A stretch of DNA of 64,000 nucleotides from Octopus vulgaris (taxonomy: Eukaryota): the NCBI GenBank assembly GCA_951406725.2, contig OX597827.1:61132001-61196000 (forward strand). The letters run 5' to 3'. Below the pieces are notes generated by a model. The model worked only from the letters and a program-made list of their open reading frames with translations, made no database searches and had not been told where the DNA came from. Positions 54,599 to 64,000 of this stretch are shown in pieces (the stretch's first letter is position 1; each line of letters begins with the position of its first letter). A program made the translations under genes and the position numbers.

Positions 54599-57500
54599 CT
54601 CTCTCTCTTTTGGAGAGGCACTGAGCAGCTATACGCACACATACACACACGGCAGTAACTTCCACCTACCGAATTCAATCACAAAGCTCCGGTCGGCTCG
54701 GGGCTATAGTGGAAGACACCTACCCAAAGTGCCACGCAGTGGAACTGAACCCGAAACCATGTAGCTAGGAAGCAAGCTCCCTAACCACACAGCCATGTAT
54801 ATATATATATATATATATTCCATTTTGCTTCTGTTTTAGACCTGGTTATGTTTCAATTCACACGAGGAGAAGAAACTGGGACAATATTTAAGTTAATGGC
54901 TGATGAGAGCCGGCCTGAGGTAAGTAATGTCTTATTTTCTTGTCCCCCACTTAACAAAATGTTTTATGGAAATAATATATTAGACTAACTGGCAGCTACT
55001 TGAATCAGTGTGGGAGAGGAGAGGCCTTAGACTGGTCACCAAGCTGGTGGTGTACCAAGCAGCTGTACTGCTTATGCTACTGTACTTTTTCTTCAACTCC
55101 AGTATACACACACAAAAAAACCCATCTTGTGAGATGATTTCTTTCGGATGTGTATACTGGCGTTGAAAAATTGATGTGACCATAAATTTTCTGTAGATCT
55201 GAAGAGCTAGCCTTCTATATCTGCACGCACACGTGCATACGCACGCACACACATATAGCCCTGTTTTGATGTGTGTTGGGATGCCAGCTAACCACAAATA
55301 CATCATAGTTTTCCGCCACAATAAAAATAATTGACTTAGTGAATAGTCCAGTGACTTTGTACGTTTGAAAAACAGCATCCTGTGTTGGTTCCAAATTTTT
55401 GGCCCAGGGCCAGCAATTTCAGGGATAGGGAAGAAGTCTATTACATCTACCTTAGTACTCAACTGGTACTTATTTTTATTGTGGAGGCACATGGCCTAGG
55501 GGTTAGAGCAGCGCACTTGCAGTTGAGGAATCGTGGGTTCGAATCTCAGACCGGGCGATGTACGTGTTTATGAGCAAAACACCTAAGCTCCACGTGGCTC
55601 TGGTAGAAGGTAATGATGAACTTCTGCTGACTCTTTCGCCACAACTTTCTCTCACTCTTTCCTGCAGCTCACCTGCGATGGACCAGCATCCCGTCCAGGT
55701 GGGGAATCAATACGCCAAGGAAACCGGGAAACCGGCCCTTATGAGCCAGGCATGGCTCGAGAAGGAACAAACAAAAACTTATTTTTATTGACCATGAAAG
55801 GCAAAGTCAACCTCAGCAGCATTTGAACTCAGAATGTAAAGATGGATAAAAAGCCACTAAGGATGGTGGCAATTCTTATTTCTTTACTACCCACAAAGGG
55901 CTACACACAGAGGGGACAAACAAACGGATTAAGTCGATTTTATCGACCCCAGTGCGTAACGTACTTATTTAATCGACCTCGAAAGGATGAAAGGCAAAGT
56001 CGACCTCGGCGGAATTTGAACTCAGAACGTAGCGGCAGACGAAATACTGCTAAGCATTTCACCCGGTGTGCTAACGATTCTGCTAGCTTGTCGCCTTATG
56101 TGTCAATTCTGCTAGCTCGCTTCCTTGAGCAGCATCCTATATTGAACAGCTTGTACATTTTCTACCGTCCCTGTCTAGCTTACACAATACTAGTAAACTG
56201 CCATTTTCATTGGCTCTCTTGTTTTTCAGCTCCTCTCGCAGTTTGCTGATGTTGCAGTGAAAATTATTGAGAGATGGACAGAAGAAAACGATGCAAACAT
56301 AAGAGAGTTTATTGTGTAAGTTTGTTATTCTGCTATTTTTGTTTATCTTTTATCTGTTTCAGGCTGCGACCGTGCTGGAGCACTACTTTGAAGAATTTTA
56401 CTCAAACGAATTGATCCCAGTCCTTGTTTTTTTACTTTTTATTTTTCAAGCCTGGTACTTATTATGTCAGTCCCTTTTTTCTGAACTGCTAAATTACAGA
56501 GACTTAAACACACCAATACTGGTTGTCAGAGGGACACAGATACAAAGAAACATGCGCGCGACGCACACACACACACACACACACATGATGGGCTTTTTTC
56601 GGTTTCCGTCTACCAAATCCACTCACAAGGCTTTGGTTGGCCCGAGGCTATAGCAGAAGACACTTGCCCAAGGTGCCACGCAGTGGGACTGAACCCAGAA
56701 CCATGTGGTTGAGAAGCAAGCTTCTTACCACGCAGCCTCTCCTGCAGCTATATTTAGCATCCGTTTTTCCATGTAGGCATGGGTTGGATGGTTTGACTGG
56801 AACTGATAAGCAGGAGAGCTGCACCAGACTCCAGTTGTCTGTTTCGGCTTGGTTTTTACAGCTGGATGCCCTTCTTAATGCCAACCACTCCACAGAGTGT
56901 AGTGGGTGCTTTTTACATGTCACCAGCACTAGCTATGACTGTGATTTCACTTGGCTTGATATGTCTTCTCAAGCACAGCAAATAAACCAAAGATCTCGGT
57001 CATTTTTCACCACTTCTGTGAGACTCAACATCCGATGATCATACTTCACCACTTTGTCCCATGTCTTCATGAGTCTACCTCTTCCACAGGTTCTCTCCAC
57101 AGTTAGAGATTGACACTTCCTTACACAGCAGTCCTTGTTCATATGCATCACATGACCATACCTATTTCTTTACTACCCACAAGGGGCTAAACACTGAGAG
57201 GACAAACAAGGACAGACAAACGGATTAAGTCGATTACATTGACCCCAGTGCATAACTGGTACTTATTTAATCGACCCCGAAAGGATGAAAGGCAAAGTCG
57301 ACCTCGGCGGAATTTGAACTCAGAACGTAAAGACAGACGAAATACCGCTAAGTATTTCGACCGGTGCGCTAACATGTCTGCCAGCTCGCCGTGTATGGTC
57401 GCATCACATGACCATACCAGTGCAGTCTTCTCTCTTGCACACCACATCTGATGCCTCTAAAACCCACTCTCTCTCTCTCTCAAGACGCTTTGAATTTATC

Positions 57501-58956
57501 CTGACGAATTTATCAAGTTGTTTTGATTTTATCCTGCATTATCATGTAGCCTTGAGATTTCAATGAAGTGATTGTTTATCTTTTTAGACAGATTTTGTAT
57601 GGTAAGTGTGGGAAGCCAGATCTGGCCAGTTTGAACATAAAACAGAATATTTTGGTTTGATGTGGCTGGTTTAAATGCTAAACAGTTAATGTTTTTGTCT
57701 TTTTTTTTTCTTTATTCTAGATTAACAGGTGAACTCCTTGGAAATATGATGGTAATTGTTATGAAAGCTGATCGTTTTAGTGATGCCTGGTATGTTATTG
57801 TTTACAGATTTCTTACATTGACCAATCAAAAGTCATTTAACAATTGTCATAAAATTTTGGTGTACGCTTTTCATATACTAGCAGTATCACCCAGCGTTGC
57901 TTGGGTTTGTTTCAACCCTTTAGAATTGGCATTTTTGAAAAGTAAAAATTTTGTATTATGTAGCTTGTTATTCTCTTTAAGTGAACATTTTTCTGGTTGA
58001 AATACACTGAAAAATGGCGACACAGCAGTCAAAAAATCATAAAAAATAGGGATTTTCATAGAAAAAAAAGCACATTTTTGATATAAATAATTTTTGGTCT
58101 TAACATGGTTTGATTTGAATTTTGTTCTTCTATGGAAGGAAGAGCAAGCCTTCTTGTATCATACTGTCAATTTTGGTCAACTTGCACCGCAGGGTCTTGG
58201 AGGAGACAGTGTTAGTTGAAGGCTACCAAGCCTGCCACACACAGAAAACTTCAGCTTTATATATATAGAGATATCTAATTTAAGTAACATATTTTTTCCT
58301 TGCTGATTTTTGTTGAAAATAATTCAAGCTATATGAACGTTCTCAACAAGTTCCTTTGCAAAATATTGGTTTGCAACTTTAGTGGAAGGCCAGCAATTTC
58401 AGGGGTGGGAGATAAGTCGATTAGCTCAACCCTAGTGCTCAACTGGTACTTATTTTATTAACCTTGAAAGGATGACAGCCAAAGTTGACCTCGACAGTAT
58501 TTGAACACAGAACGTAAAGACTGATGAAATGCCAGTAGGCATTTTGTCCCGCACACTAACAAAATTGCCATCTTGCTGCCTTTCTTTCACAAATATCAAA
58601 GATATTTAGGTGTAGGCTGCTGAGACCCCCTTCGGTCATGACTGACCGTGGGATTGCATCTAGAAAGTTACCCTCCCAGGCACAAGTCCAGGCAAGGTTT
58701 TATGGGAGACCAGCAGTCGCCGATGCACACCGGACTTCCCTCTCCACACCACTGGTGTTATCCAAGTGAAAGGCAAAGGGCGATACAGCTTGGCACCTGT
58801 GACGTTGTAACTCATGTCTACAGCTGAGTGAACTGGAGCAATGTGAAATAAAGTGTCTTGCTCAAGAACACAACACGCAGCCCGGTCTGGGATTCGAACT
58901 CACAACCTCACGATTGTAAGCTCGACGCTCTAACCACTGAGCCATGTGTAGGCACG

Positions 58957-58999
<43 letters not shown>

Positions 59000-59801
59000 T
59001 CTCTTTTACTCTTTTACTTGTTTCAGTCATTTGACTGCGGCCATGCTGGAGCACCACCTTTAGTCGAGCAAAACGACCCCGGGACTTATTGTTTGCAAGC
59101 CCAGTACTTATTCTATCGGTCTCTTTTTGCCGAACCACTAAGTGACAGGGACGTAAACACACCAGCATCGGTTGTCAAGCAATGCTAGGGAGACAAACAC
59201 AGACACACAAACATATACACACACATATATATATATATATACATATATACGACAGGCTTCTTATTGTTTTTGTTTTTTTGGGTGAGGTTCCAGGACAATG
59301 GAGATAGATAGACAGGTAGATGGATAGCTAGGTAGATAGATAGGCAGGCGGGCGGGTGGGCAGGCAGGCAGGCAAAAGGAGGGTGGAGGGATTTCATTTC
59401 AATTTGGAATGTTTTTTTTACCATTTATTTAGTTTTTTTTTAGCATTGTATAGCTACTGCTATTGGACATGAGTTCAAGGATGGTGACCTCTTTTAGGAT
59501 GGGGAAAATAATGGAAAAAGGATAGGGTGCAGTCATCACTGAAAGCATTTTTTTTTCTTAAGGTGCCAAGAAGGAAGATAAGAAGTTCTATGAAGAATTA
59601 AATATGTATGTGTGTATGTATGTGTGTGTGTGTGCGTGTGTGTGAGTTCATGTGTTTGAAGATGTCTATGTCTACACTGTGTAATTTCGATGTTTTGCAT
59701 TGAAAAATAATGTCAATCTTTTTGTCAACCCTTGTTAATCATCGTTATCATCATCATCTCCTCCTCCTCCTCATCATCATCATCTTCATCATCATCATCA
59801 T

Positions 59802-59832
<31 letters not shown>

Positions 59833-60343
59833 TTCATTATCATCATCATTCAGTAGTCTTATTTTTATCAAATGCTTTCACTGCATGACCAAGTACAGCT
59901 CTCTGTGCCTTGGGTATGTAATGTGGTTTGTTGTGGTGCTCTTATTTTCGCTATATTGAAAGTGCGTTACATAGGATGTGTGTGGTGCCTAGTAGTATTA
60001 TTTTCTGTATGTCATATACATTTGTAAGTCCTGGCGTTTTGGTTCTGTATTTGTCTGAATGATTTTTTTTATCATACTTAATGAACCTACTATTACAGGA
60101 ATTGTTTCTGTTTTTAGGCTCCACATTCGAGTTACCTTTATTTCCAGATCTTTATTATTATTTCTATTGTTGTTGTTATTATTGTTATTATCTATTCACT
60201 CTTATAGGAATATATTCCAACTGTATGAGAAACATTCTCCAAAACTTTCTAATGTGCCCAGGTAAGTTACTTTTAAAAATTTTGAACTATCATGAAAATG
60301 GTGGCTAGCAGTCAACCTTCCCCTTCTCTCTTCTCTTCTTCCT

Positions 60344-60385
<42 letters not shown>

Positions 60386-62466
60386 CAATAATAATAAAGG
60401 GTAAAATTAATTAATCAATTAATAATTTAATAATTTTACCAAGTACTTCCGTATGCTAAAAGAACCATTATCAGTAAACTTATACAAAAATTCTATAATT
60501 ATGAGCATAATTATAATTAGGGTTCAGCAAAATTTGCTTCACCACACACTGAAATTTAGAAATAGCAGTTAAAATACTATTCTGCTACCATAAGTTATTT
60601 TCCAGACAGCAATACTCTACAACTCATGCAGGTAAAGAGAAAAAATAACGAATCCACCCGGCTTTTAATTTACAAGGGTGCATAAGATATTTGAGGACAG
60701 ATTTATGTTTATAAAAAACAGATATATAATAACAGATAATATCTTTATTTATCAAAAAATGCTATGAGGATAAAAATAAACCTTCTTTTCTATAATGTTA
60801 TTCAATGAAGCCACATTCAAATTCAACAACTGCTTCTATATGAAATCTAAATTATCTACATGCTTGAATCAAGTGGTCCTGGTTCATTTTGGTTATTACT
60901 CTGACCATGGTAGCTTTCAAAGAATCTTTGGTGTTATGGGCATGTTCACTGAACTCTCAACAAAGCTGCACATGTAATAGTCCAATGGATTGTGATCTGG
61001 GGAATTAGGAGGCCAAATGTTAGGGGTTATGTGATCATGAAAATTTTCAGCCATCCATTCCTGTATTATTAGAGCCATGTGTGATAGTGCAGAGTCTTAC
61101 TGAAACACATATGGCCTTCCATTGCATACACTGTCTATTCAGGGTTTAACAATTATTTCCAGGACCTCAATGTAGGCAGCAGAGTTAACTCTAAGGTCTT
61201 GTGGAAAGAATTAAGGAGGCATCACATGTCCTTCATTACTGTCAACCCCACCAAACCATGACAGTTGCAGGAAATTTTGTATGCATAGCACTTGGAACTT
61301 CAGAAGGGTCTGCACATAACCATCTGTCATTTCTTCTGTTAGCTTTTTGATCTTGGTCGAAGTTTTTCTTGTTTGAGAAAAACCAAATCAAATCTTCTGC
61401 TGGATTTTTCAGTTTATTTAAAAGCCTTTTAGATCTGATGTGGTGATTTTCTTTTGCTTTATCTGACCTTTTCTCATCATATAAAACTTATATTATGTCT
61501 TCGTGGATAACATTTCTGACTGTTCCTTCTGACACATGGAGATCTTTTTTTTTGCAATTGACCTCATGGACTTTCTGGGATTGTAATCAATGGTCTGTTG
61601 AACTTGTTGGATAAATTCAGGTGTTCTGAAAGTGAGTAACACATGAACTGAATGAGCATCAAATGGCATGTCTTGAAACTTGCTGTCATGGTATTAAAGC
61701 GAACCATTTTGCATTGTAATGTCACGAGTGATGAAAAATGGATTCTTTTCAACAATAGCAAGTGTTCTCCACAGTGGTTGGATAGAAACAAAGTGCCAAA
61801 ACACAATCCAAAAAGGAATATTCACCGAAAAAAAGCTGATGGGGTCTGCTTGGTGGTCCAGTGCTGGTGTCATCCACTACAGCTTCATGAGACCTGGTAA
61901 GTTAATTGCAGTGGACATATACAATAACCAATTGGATGAAATGACGAGTGAACTTGCAATTAAACAACCAAGATTGGTCAATAGGGACAGGCCAATTCTC
62001 TTGCAAGACAATGCTTGACCTCATGTTGGACAAAGAATGCTACTCAAGTTACAGGAACTGAACTTCGAAGTACTCTGTCATCCACCATATTCACCAGACC
62101 TTGCACCAACTGACTATAATGTTTTCCAGGCATTAGACAACTTTTTGCGAGGGGAAAAAACTTCAAATCTGAAGAGGATGCAAAAACAGCCTTTTATGAT
62201 TTCATCACCTCTTGCTCTCCAGAATTCTTTGCTGCCAGCATAAATAAGCTTCTGATAAAATGGCAAAATTGTGTTGATAATTTAGGTGCATACTTCGATT
62301 AACTGCATTGCTTTTTGTTGAGATAGAGTAAAATAAATTTTCAATTCAAAATCGGACATTTCATTCTTAATGACCTGATATATACACACATTTGTTTTTC
62401 AGTGAGAGTGCCATGTCGATGCTGTTGGATGGTTGCCTGAATGAAAAGCACACTAAAAATCTGTTG
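14719..62466 (+). CDS. PTCD3: Spliced gene (23 coding exons in window, 3' incomplete): pentatricopeptide repeat domain-containing protein 3, mitochondrial (mS39/MRPS39)
   Basis: Hand-spliced GT-AG exons give one uninterrupted 614-codon frame. It contains IVIPKRIKRGPTDILDALSQTVGKDYTAPAYRYIDDPYLIP, LLDLLCIYN, PPR repeats (PEAYCSLIQGAAKYYNMERAFNLYDEMKGKKLPVS; PNLATFNAVL...EMKNCGIEPSLAS) and KDLELAY, colinear with the human PTCD3 sequence as recalled from memory. Confidence 0.95.
16302..16396 (+). CDS. PTCD3: PTCD3 exon 2 (SLSKLAACCHLKQ...TKEKS; likely mitochondrial presequence)
   Basis: ttttacAG acceptor, GTAAGT donor, open frame, phase 2 to 1 fits exon 3. Confidence 0.75.
16479..16849 (-). mobile_element. 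Non-autonomous Helitron
   Basis: On the - strand it starts A|TC and ends with hairpin CCCGA-n6-TCGGG plus CTAG|T; no TSD; second copy at 57878-58271. Confidence 0.8.
17745..18215 (-). mobile_element. hAT (Charlie/SPIN/Buster-type) transposase 5' relic
   Basis: TIR CAGGGGTGGGGAAAC; BED-like finger WTELYFF...CICLIC...KKYNIERHF and ASYAVCENIAKKLKP; disrupted. Confidence 0.8.
18914..18953 (+). CDS. PTCD3: PTCD3 exon 3 (DLQKIVIPKRIK)
   Basis: AG/GTAAGT boundaries; matches the VVIPKK motif. Confidence 0.9.
21029..21074 (+). CDS. PTCD3: PTCD3 exon 4 (GPTDILDALSQTVGK)
   Basis: AG/GTGAGT; conserved L.AL..TV motif. Confidence 0.92.
21180..21673. mobile_element. pogo/Tigger-like MITE (TA TSD)
   Basis: TA|CCGTAAATCCTCGAGTATAATCCGC ... 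GCGGACTATACTCCAGGATTTACGG|TA. Confidence 0.85.
22861..22929 (+). CDS. PTCD3: PTCD3 exon 5 (DYTAPAYRYIDDPYLIPTSTYAK)
   Basis: AG/GTAAGT; DDPYL motif. Confidence 0.95.
23214..23355. mobile_element. Short hAT/Charlie-like MITE
   Basis: CAGGCATGGGTAAC...GTTTGCCCATAACTG; imperfect 8-bp flanks TTCTATAT / CTCTTTAT. Confidence 0.6.
24758..25322 (-). mobile_element. Non-autonomous Helitron, second family
   Basis: Same terminal pattern (TC start, CCTGG..CCAGG hairpin, CTAG end) with a different interior. Confidence 0.65.
25425..25529 (+). CDS. PTCD3: PTCD3 exon 6 (RIYALSKASGRKTA...PHVP)
   Basis: AG/GTTAGT; phase 0 to 0. Confidence 0.93.
26508..26634 (+). CDS. PTCD3: PTCD3 exon 7 (SFMP...LRKVTSAMSVYDRILAE)
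   Basis: AG/GTAATA; LRKV motif. Confidence 0.93.
27434..27590 (+). CDS. PTCD3: PTCD3 exon 8 (ATVS...LLDLLCIYN...KNTW)
   Basis: AG/GTACGT; LLDLLC motif. Confidence 0.93.
28222..28757. repeat. Foldback element with ~125-bp imperfect inverted repeats
   Basis: 28222-28345 is the reverse complement of ~28635-28757. Confidence 0.75.
28876..28963 (+). CDS. PTCD3: PTCD3 exon 9 (QDGMAEKIF...AYCSLIQGAAK)
   Basis: AG/GTGATT; start of a PPR motif. Confidence 0.93.
30574..30634 (+). CDS. PTCD3: PTCD3 exon 10 (YYNMERAFNLYDEMKGKKLP)
   Basis: AG/GTAAGA; PPR helix B. Confidence 0.93.
32674..32888 (+). mobile_element. Short variant of SINE B with a (GA)n tail (near-identical - copy at 54594-54797; partial at 18733-18830)
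   Basis: Same tRNA/CORE-like head, different 3' end. Confidence 0.8.
33302..33384 (+). CDS. PTCD3: PTCD3 exon 11 (SLSAYNSLLHVA...KWNLIL)
   Basis: AG/GTGAGT; PPR helix A. Confidence 0.92.
35036..35186 (+). CDS. PTCD3: PTCD3 exon 12 (NLLKDMK...PNLATFNAVL...EMKNCGI)
   Basis: AG/GTAAGC; PPR motif. Confidence 0.95.
36650..39460. repeat. Complex satellite: periodic GAAAATTTTC-type A/T-tract filler punctuated by a 32-bp unit AAAGTATGGAA(A/G)GCCAGCGGTGCCAAAATCAC
   Basis: About 18 copies of the unit counted by eye, singly or in tandem; within PTCD3 intron 12. Confidence 0.95.
39652..39705 (+). CDS. PTCD3: PTCD3 exon 13 (EPSLASWSMFINIIYFNE)
   Basis: AG/GTGAGT; GIEPSLA motif is formed across the junction. 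Confidence 0.92.
40552..40758. mobile_element. piggyBac-like MITE, second family, nested in a SINE
   Basis: TTAA|CCCTTTAG ... CTAAAGGG|TTAA; related to 6990-7195, 11800-11990 and 57520-57685. Confidence 0.75.
41000..41077 (+). CDS. PTCD3: PTCD3 exon 14 (VESQVIYQIMDHL...HPAD)
   Basis: AG/GTGAGT; IY.IM motif. Confidence 0.92.
42439..42467 (+). CDS. PTCD3: PTCD3 exon 15 (29 nt; DFFANAMAK)
   Basis: AG/GTAAGT; FF..AM motif; required to keep the frame. Confidence 0.9.
44305..44414 (+). CDS. PTCD3: PTCD3 exon 16 (CYIQIKDLELAYK...KFLGD...IY)
   Basis: AG/GTGAGT; DLELAY motif. Confidence 0.95.
46068..46146 (+). CDS. PTCD3: PTCD3 exon 17 (SFFFRLICQFE...APN)
   Basis: AG/GTAAGT; FF.LIC motif. Confidence 0.92.
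47329..47840. mobile_element. pogo/Tigger-like MITE, second copy
   Basis: Same TIRs, TA TSD and interior as 21180-21673. Confidence 0.85.
47898..47988 (+). CDS. PTCD3: PTCD3 exon 18 (MWTPNT...LPRIWS)
   Basis: AG/GTAAGT; P.IW.D motif. Confidence 0.92.
48538..48625 (-). ncRNA. Degenerate type I hammerhead ribozyme motif (Penelope-type)
   Basis: Minus strand reads GAC-CUAAAGA-stem II-GAAAC-ACGU-GUA-GUC; core G5 is replaced by A. Confidence 0.55.
49096..54243 (-). mobile_element. Near full-length RTE-clade LINE, antisense in PTCD3 intron 18
   Basis: (ATG)n tail at 49096-49116, repeat-bearing 3' UTR, APE endonuclease plus RT frame, and a 5' region with a duplicated block. The 5' boundary and TSD are not resolved. 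Confidence 0.93.
49693..52858 (-). pseudogene. LINE ORF: APE endonuclease, reverse transcriptase and internal PHD finger; one nonsense codon and one frameshift
   Basis: APE motifs TLNV, MQE, AYAP, GDFNGHVG, IDY and QHR; RT motifs QFGF, DMEKAFD, GVHQGSVLSP, YADD and FRYLG. In-frame TGA at 51779-51781; apparent 2-nt loss in the (AG)n run at ~51040-51050. Confidence 0.92.
54840..54919 (+). CDS. PTCD3: PTCD3 exon 19 (LVMFQF...LMADESRPE)
   Basis: AG/GTAAGT; phase 1 to 0. Confidence 0.9.
56230..56315 (+). CDS. PTCD3: PTCD3 exon 20 (LLSQFADVAVKII...)
   Basis: AG/GTAAGT; FAD.A motif. An in-frame alternative AG lies 12 nt downstream of the acceptor. Confidence 0.88.
56745..57485 (-). mobile_element. 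Older RTE 3' fragment interrupted by SINE A
   Basis: CVRKCQSLTVERTCGRGR..KTW is homologous to the LINE C-terminus; a similar fragment lies at 44950-45375. Confidence 0.8.
57721..57789 (+). CDS. PTCD3: PTCD3 exon 21 (LTGELLGNMM...RFSDAW)
   Basis: AG/GTATGT; phase 2 to 2. Confidence 0.9.
57878..58271 (-). mobile_element. Non-autonomous Helitron (copy of 16479-16849)
   Basis: Colinear high similarity and the same termini. Confidence 0.8.
60208..60261 (+). CDS. PTCD3: PTCD3 exon 22 (NIFQLYEKHSPKLSNVP)
   Basis: AG/GTAAGT; phase 2 to 2. Confidence 0.85.
60670..61560 (-). mobile_element. DD37D (maT) transposon relic
   Basis: YVFQ*DSALSH...WPPNSPDHNPLDY, with 37 residues between the 2nd and 3rd catalytic Asp (counted); boundaries approximate. 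Confidence 0.8.
61560..62380 (+). mobile_element. DD34D mariner transposase 3' relic with right TIR
   Basis: VTSDEKW, QDNA*PH...HPPYSPDLAPTDY with 34-residue spacing; stops and frameshifts; ends ...AATGACCTGATA|TA. Confidence 0.88.
62403..62466 (+). CDS. PTCD3: PTCD3 exon 23 (ESAMSMLLDGCLNEKHTKNLL); gene continues beyond the window
   Basis: AG/GTAAGT; phase 2 to 0; no stop codon reached. Confidence 0.85.
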
Positions 62467-64000
62467 GTAAGTTAGAATATTAAATACCTAGACATAGTTG
62501 GTCCTCACTTTCTGTTTCAGTTCTGTGTGCGTCATGTTGGTCAGGTAACCCTCACTTGGGGCCACAACTAGTTGTTGTTCTTTATGTTGTTTTGTCTCAG
62601 TCATGTTGTTTCCATACTGTAATCAAAGATATTTCAGCTACTTATAATGTGTATGTGTTAAATATATAGAGGCGCAGGAGTGGCTGTGTGGTAAGTAGCT
62701 TGCTTACCAACCACATGGTCCTGGGTTCAGTCCCACTCCATGGCACCTTGGGTAAGTGTCTTCTACTATAGCCTCGGGCCGACCAAAGCCTTGTGAGTGG
62801 ATTTGGTAGACAGAAACTGAAAGAAGCCCGTCGTATATATACATATATGTGTGTGTGTGTGTGTTTGTCCCCCCAACATCGCTTGACAACCAATGCTGGT
62901 GTGTTTACGTCCCCGTAACTTAGCGGTTCGGCAAAACAGACCGATAGAATAAGTACTTGGCTTACAAAGAATAAGCCCTGGGGTTGATTTGCTTGACTAT
63001 AAAGGCGGTGCTCCAGCATGGCCACAGCCAAATGACTGAAACAAGTAAAAGAGTAAAAAGAGTATATCTTGGACTATCTTGGACTATGTTACCCATTGCG
63101 TCCTTCCTAGTCGTTTTGTTGGAAAGAGACTTTGGTTATTATTTCTAGCAGGTTGAGCAACTACTGAGAGTCTACTTTGTTGGTTTGACTTTACACAGTT
63201 GTAATTAATAATAATGTTGATGGTAAGGAGGAGTAGGATGAGGTTGATAAGAAAAGACTGAAAGAAAATCAATAATATGTGTAGGCATGGCTGTGTGGTA
63301 AGTAGCTTGCTTCCCAACCACATCGTCCTGGGTTCTGTCCCACTGCATGGCACCTTGGGCAAGTGCCTTCTTCTATAGCCTCGGGCTGACCTTGTTAGTG
63401 GATTTGGTAGACGAAAACTGAAAGAAGCCTGTTTGTGTGTGTGTGTGTCTTTGTGTCTGTGTTTGTCCTCCCCACCATTGTTTAACAACTGATGTTGGTG
63501 TGTTTACGCTCCTGTAACTTAGTGGTTTGGCAAAAGAGACCGATAGAATAAGTACTACGCTTACAAAGAATAAGTTCTGGGGTTGATTTCATCATCATCA
63601 TCATTTAGCGTCCGCTTTCCATGCTAGCATGGGTTGGACGGTTCAACTGGGGTCTGGGAAGCCAGGAGGCTGCACCAAGTCCAGTCTGATCTGGCCATGT
63701 TTCTACGGCTGGATGCCCTTCCTAACGCCAACCACTCCGTGAGTGTAGTGGGTGCTTTTTACGTGCCACCGGCACAGGTGCCAGACAGGGCTGGCAAATG
63801 GCCACGGACGGATGGTGCATTTTACGTGCCACCGGCAGGGGGGCCAGGCGAGGCTGGTAACAGCCACGATCGGATGGTGCTTTTTACATGCCACTGGCAC
63901 AGAGGCCAGTCGGGGCGGCGCTGGCAACGGCCATGGTCGGGTAGTGCTCTTTACATGCCACCTTCAACTAAAACCCTTTAAGGTGGCGCTCCAGTATGAC

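Noticed and set aside
61652-62243. SETMAR-like domesticated transposase
   Set aside because: Stops and frameshifts, no SET domain and a retained TIR indicate an ordinary mariner relic.
7438-63488. Recurrent short ORFs such as LSVSIYQIHSQG...EDTCPRCHAVGLNPEPCGW and DLAVFLQLDALPNANHS
   Set aside because: Translations of SINE bodies and LINE 3' UTRs, not a protein family.

Overview
Repeat-rich, AT-rich animal genomic DNA. The dense tRNA-derived SINEs, RTE LINE tails ending in (ATG)n and microsatellites suggest an octopus or other coleoid cephalopod (inference). The window holds one host gene on the + strand: a PTCD3/mS39 (mitochondrial PPR protein, MRPS39) orthologue. I reconstructed it by hand as 23 GT-AG coding exons from 14719 to 62466 (1842 nt, 614 codons, phases consistent at every junction). 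It has no stop codon here and continues past the window end. Everything else is intergenic or intronic mobile DNA: a near-intact antisense RTE-clade LINE, SINE families, Helitrons, piggyBac/hAT/pogo MITEs, mariner and maT relics, a Penelope RT relic, a solo LTR and a 2.8 kb complex satellite. The best leads are (1) a complete C4HC3 PHD finger inserted inside the LINE reverse transcriptase, (2) degenerate Penelope-type hammerhead ribozyme motifs, (3) a periodic A/T-tract array with a 32-bp conserved unit, a 70-bp captured insert and flanking inverted repeats, and (4) a candidate intron and a duplicated ~0.6 kb block at the LINE 5' end. Almost all ORFs in the supplied track are artefacts of microsatellites or SINEs.
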